This document shows positions 63,299-64,000 of a stretch of 64,000 bases of DNA, piece after piece. The DNA comes from a bacterium (GTDB lineage: Bacteria; Actinomycetota; Acidimicrobiia; Spongiisociales; ZC4RG35), in assembly GCA_024638655.1 (NCBI GenBank), contig JAHEJW010000015.1:8195-72194 (forward strand), in the 5' to 3' direction. Below the pieces are notes generated by a model. It searched no databases. It was not told the DNA's origin and was given only the letters and a program-made list of their open reading frames with translations. How positions within the stretch are numbered: position 1 is the first letter of the stretch; each line of letters opens with the position of its first letter. A program made the translations under genes and the position numbers.

Positions 63299-64000
63299 AT
63301 GGGTAGGCAGAGCCGCCGCCCTAATCTCGTGAACGTGCGTCGTCTCGCGCTTCTTCTGATTCTCCTTGCCGTACCTGCTGTTGCATTTGCCCAAGGTGAC
63401 GAGGCGGGGATCGACGTTGTCGACGTCAGTGGACCGCTCGACCGATCGGCGCTGGACTTCATGGCCGATTCGATCAGCCGGGCAGCCGAGAAGGGCCAGG
63501 AGCTGGTTCTCCTCCAGATCAATTCCAAGGCCGTTCTCGACGGCCCCGGATTCGACTCGCTGCTCGATCTGATTGCCCAGCCCCCAGTTCCGGTTGCGAC
63601 CTGGGTGGGCCCAGCACCAGCTTCTGCCTTCGGGGGGGCCGAGCTTCTGGTCCGGGCCGCCGAACATGCGGCCATGGCCCCCGGGTCGATGTGGGGCAAG
63701 ACCAACCCGGTGGTCCTGGGTGAGGAGCGTACGGAAGTCATCGGCCCCAACGAGGCCCTCCTCGCATCGGAATCGGGACTCGAGCCACAGCCGACACTCC
63801 GCCAATACCTACAAGAGCTCGACGGGCGCACCTTCAGCACCTCCGCGGGGCCTGTGGTGGTGTCCACGATCACCGAATTCGGTGACGGGGTCACTCTCAA
63901 ACCGGTCACTTTCCTGAAGCCCGGCCTGATACCCCGGTACTTTCGGCTGGCGGTCACTCCTGAGGCTGCGTTCTTCTTTCTCGTCGTCGGCCTGTCGATA
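63299..64000 (+). CDS. NfeD-like membrane-bound ClpP-class serine protease, 3' end cut by window edge
   Basis: The frame is open from ATG 63299 to the window end, so it is absent from the ORF track. Signal peptide RRLALLLILLAVPAVAFA. IDVVDVSGPLDRSALDFMADSI...VLLQINS...PVPVATWVGPAPASAFGGAELL...AAMAPGS matches the NfeD N-domain layout. Start may be GTG 63329 or 63335. Confidence 0.68.
   Translation, partial: MGRQSRRPNLVNVRRLALLLILLAVPAVAFAQGDEAGIDVVDVSGPLDRSALDFMADSISRAAEKGQELVLLQINSKAVLDGPGFDSLLDLIAQPPVPVATWVGPAPASAFGGAELLVRAAEHAAMAPGSMWGKTNPVVLGEERTEVIGPNEALLASESGLEPQPTLRQYLQELDGRTFSTSAGPVVVSTITEFGDGVTLKPVTFLKPGLIPRYFRLAVTPEAAFFFLVVGLSI

Noticed and set aside
1-64000. Scan for CRISPR arrays, transposases, integrases, phage genes, toxin-antitoxin pairs, restriction-modification systems and rRNA
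   Set aside because: None recognised. The only tandem repeat found is the 22-23 bp pair at 60191-60235, and the only RNA gene I could fold is tRNA-Pro.

Overview
GC-rich, densely coding chromosomal segment. Gene content points to an actinobacterium, possibly an Acidimicrobiia-like lineage (inference only): SigK/RskA modules, DUF3159, ask-asd, dnaX-ybaB-recR, MurJ, a class E/F-like sortase, and Thr/Pro-rich lipoprotein linkers. I call about 70 CDS, one tRNA-Pro(CGG) and several strong intergenic hairpins. I saw no rRNA, CRISPR array, transposase, integrase or prophage. The content is mostly housekeeping and nutrient acquisition: phnDCE phosphonate uptake, amt, a PhoU plus Na/Pi cotransporter pair, a TRAP transporter, two ABC exporters, fabH, thiolase, methylmalonyl-CoA epimerase, glpX, ask/asd and murJ. 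The best finding is a SelW/Rdx-family selenoprotein gene at 51678-51941. It has an in-frame UGA in a C-V-P-U redox motif, and a GC-rich hairpin follows at the spacing expected for a bacterial SECIS. The six-frame track splits this gene into two pieces. Other items worth a second look:
- a four-gene translationally coupled sulfur-trafficking operon (SQR-like flavoprotein, DUF1641, TusE/DsrC-like, DsrE-like), with a tandem 22-23 bp palindrome-containing repeat upstream
- an N-terminal XRE-HTH plus C-terminal receiver regulator paired with a CHASE hybrid kinase
- a sortase with a DUF4397 substrate that carries a non-canonical sorting signal
- one complete sigK-rskA-lipoprotein module plus a second, sigma-less RskA paralog
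- a pair of paralogous ~100-aa proteins of unknown function
- a GlnR-box-like array upstream of amt
- a candidate SRP RNA upstream of dnaX
- a nested in-frame start for an aspartokinase beta subunit
All calls come from reading translated ORFs and motifs by eye. No database search was run, so family names are recognition-based and start codons are approximate.
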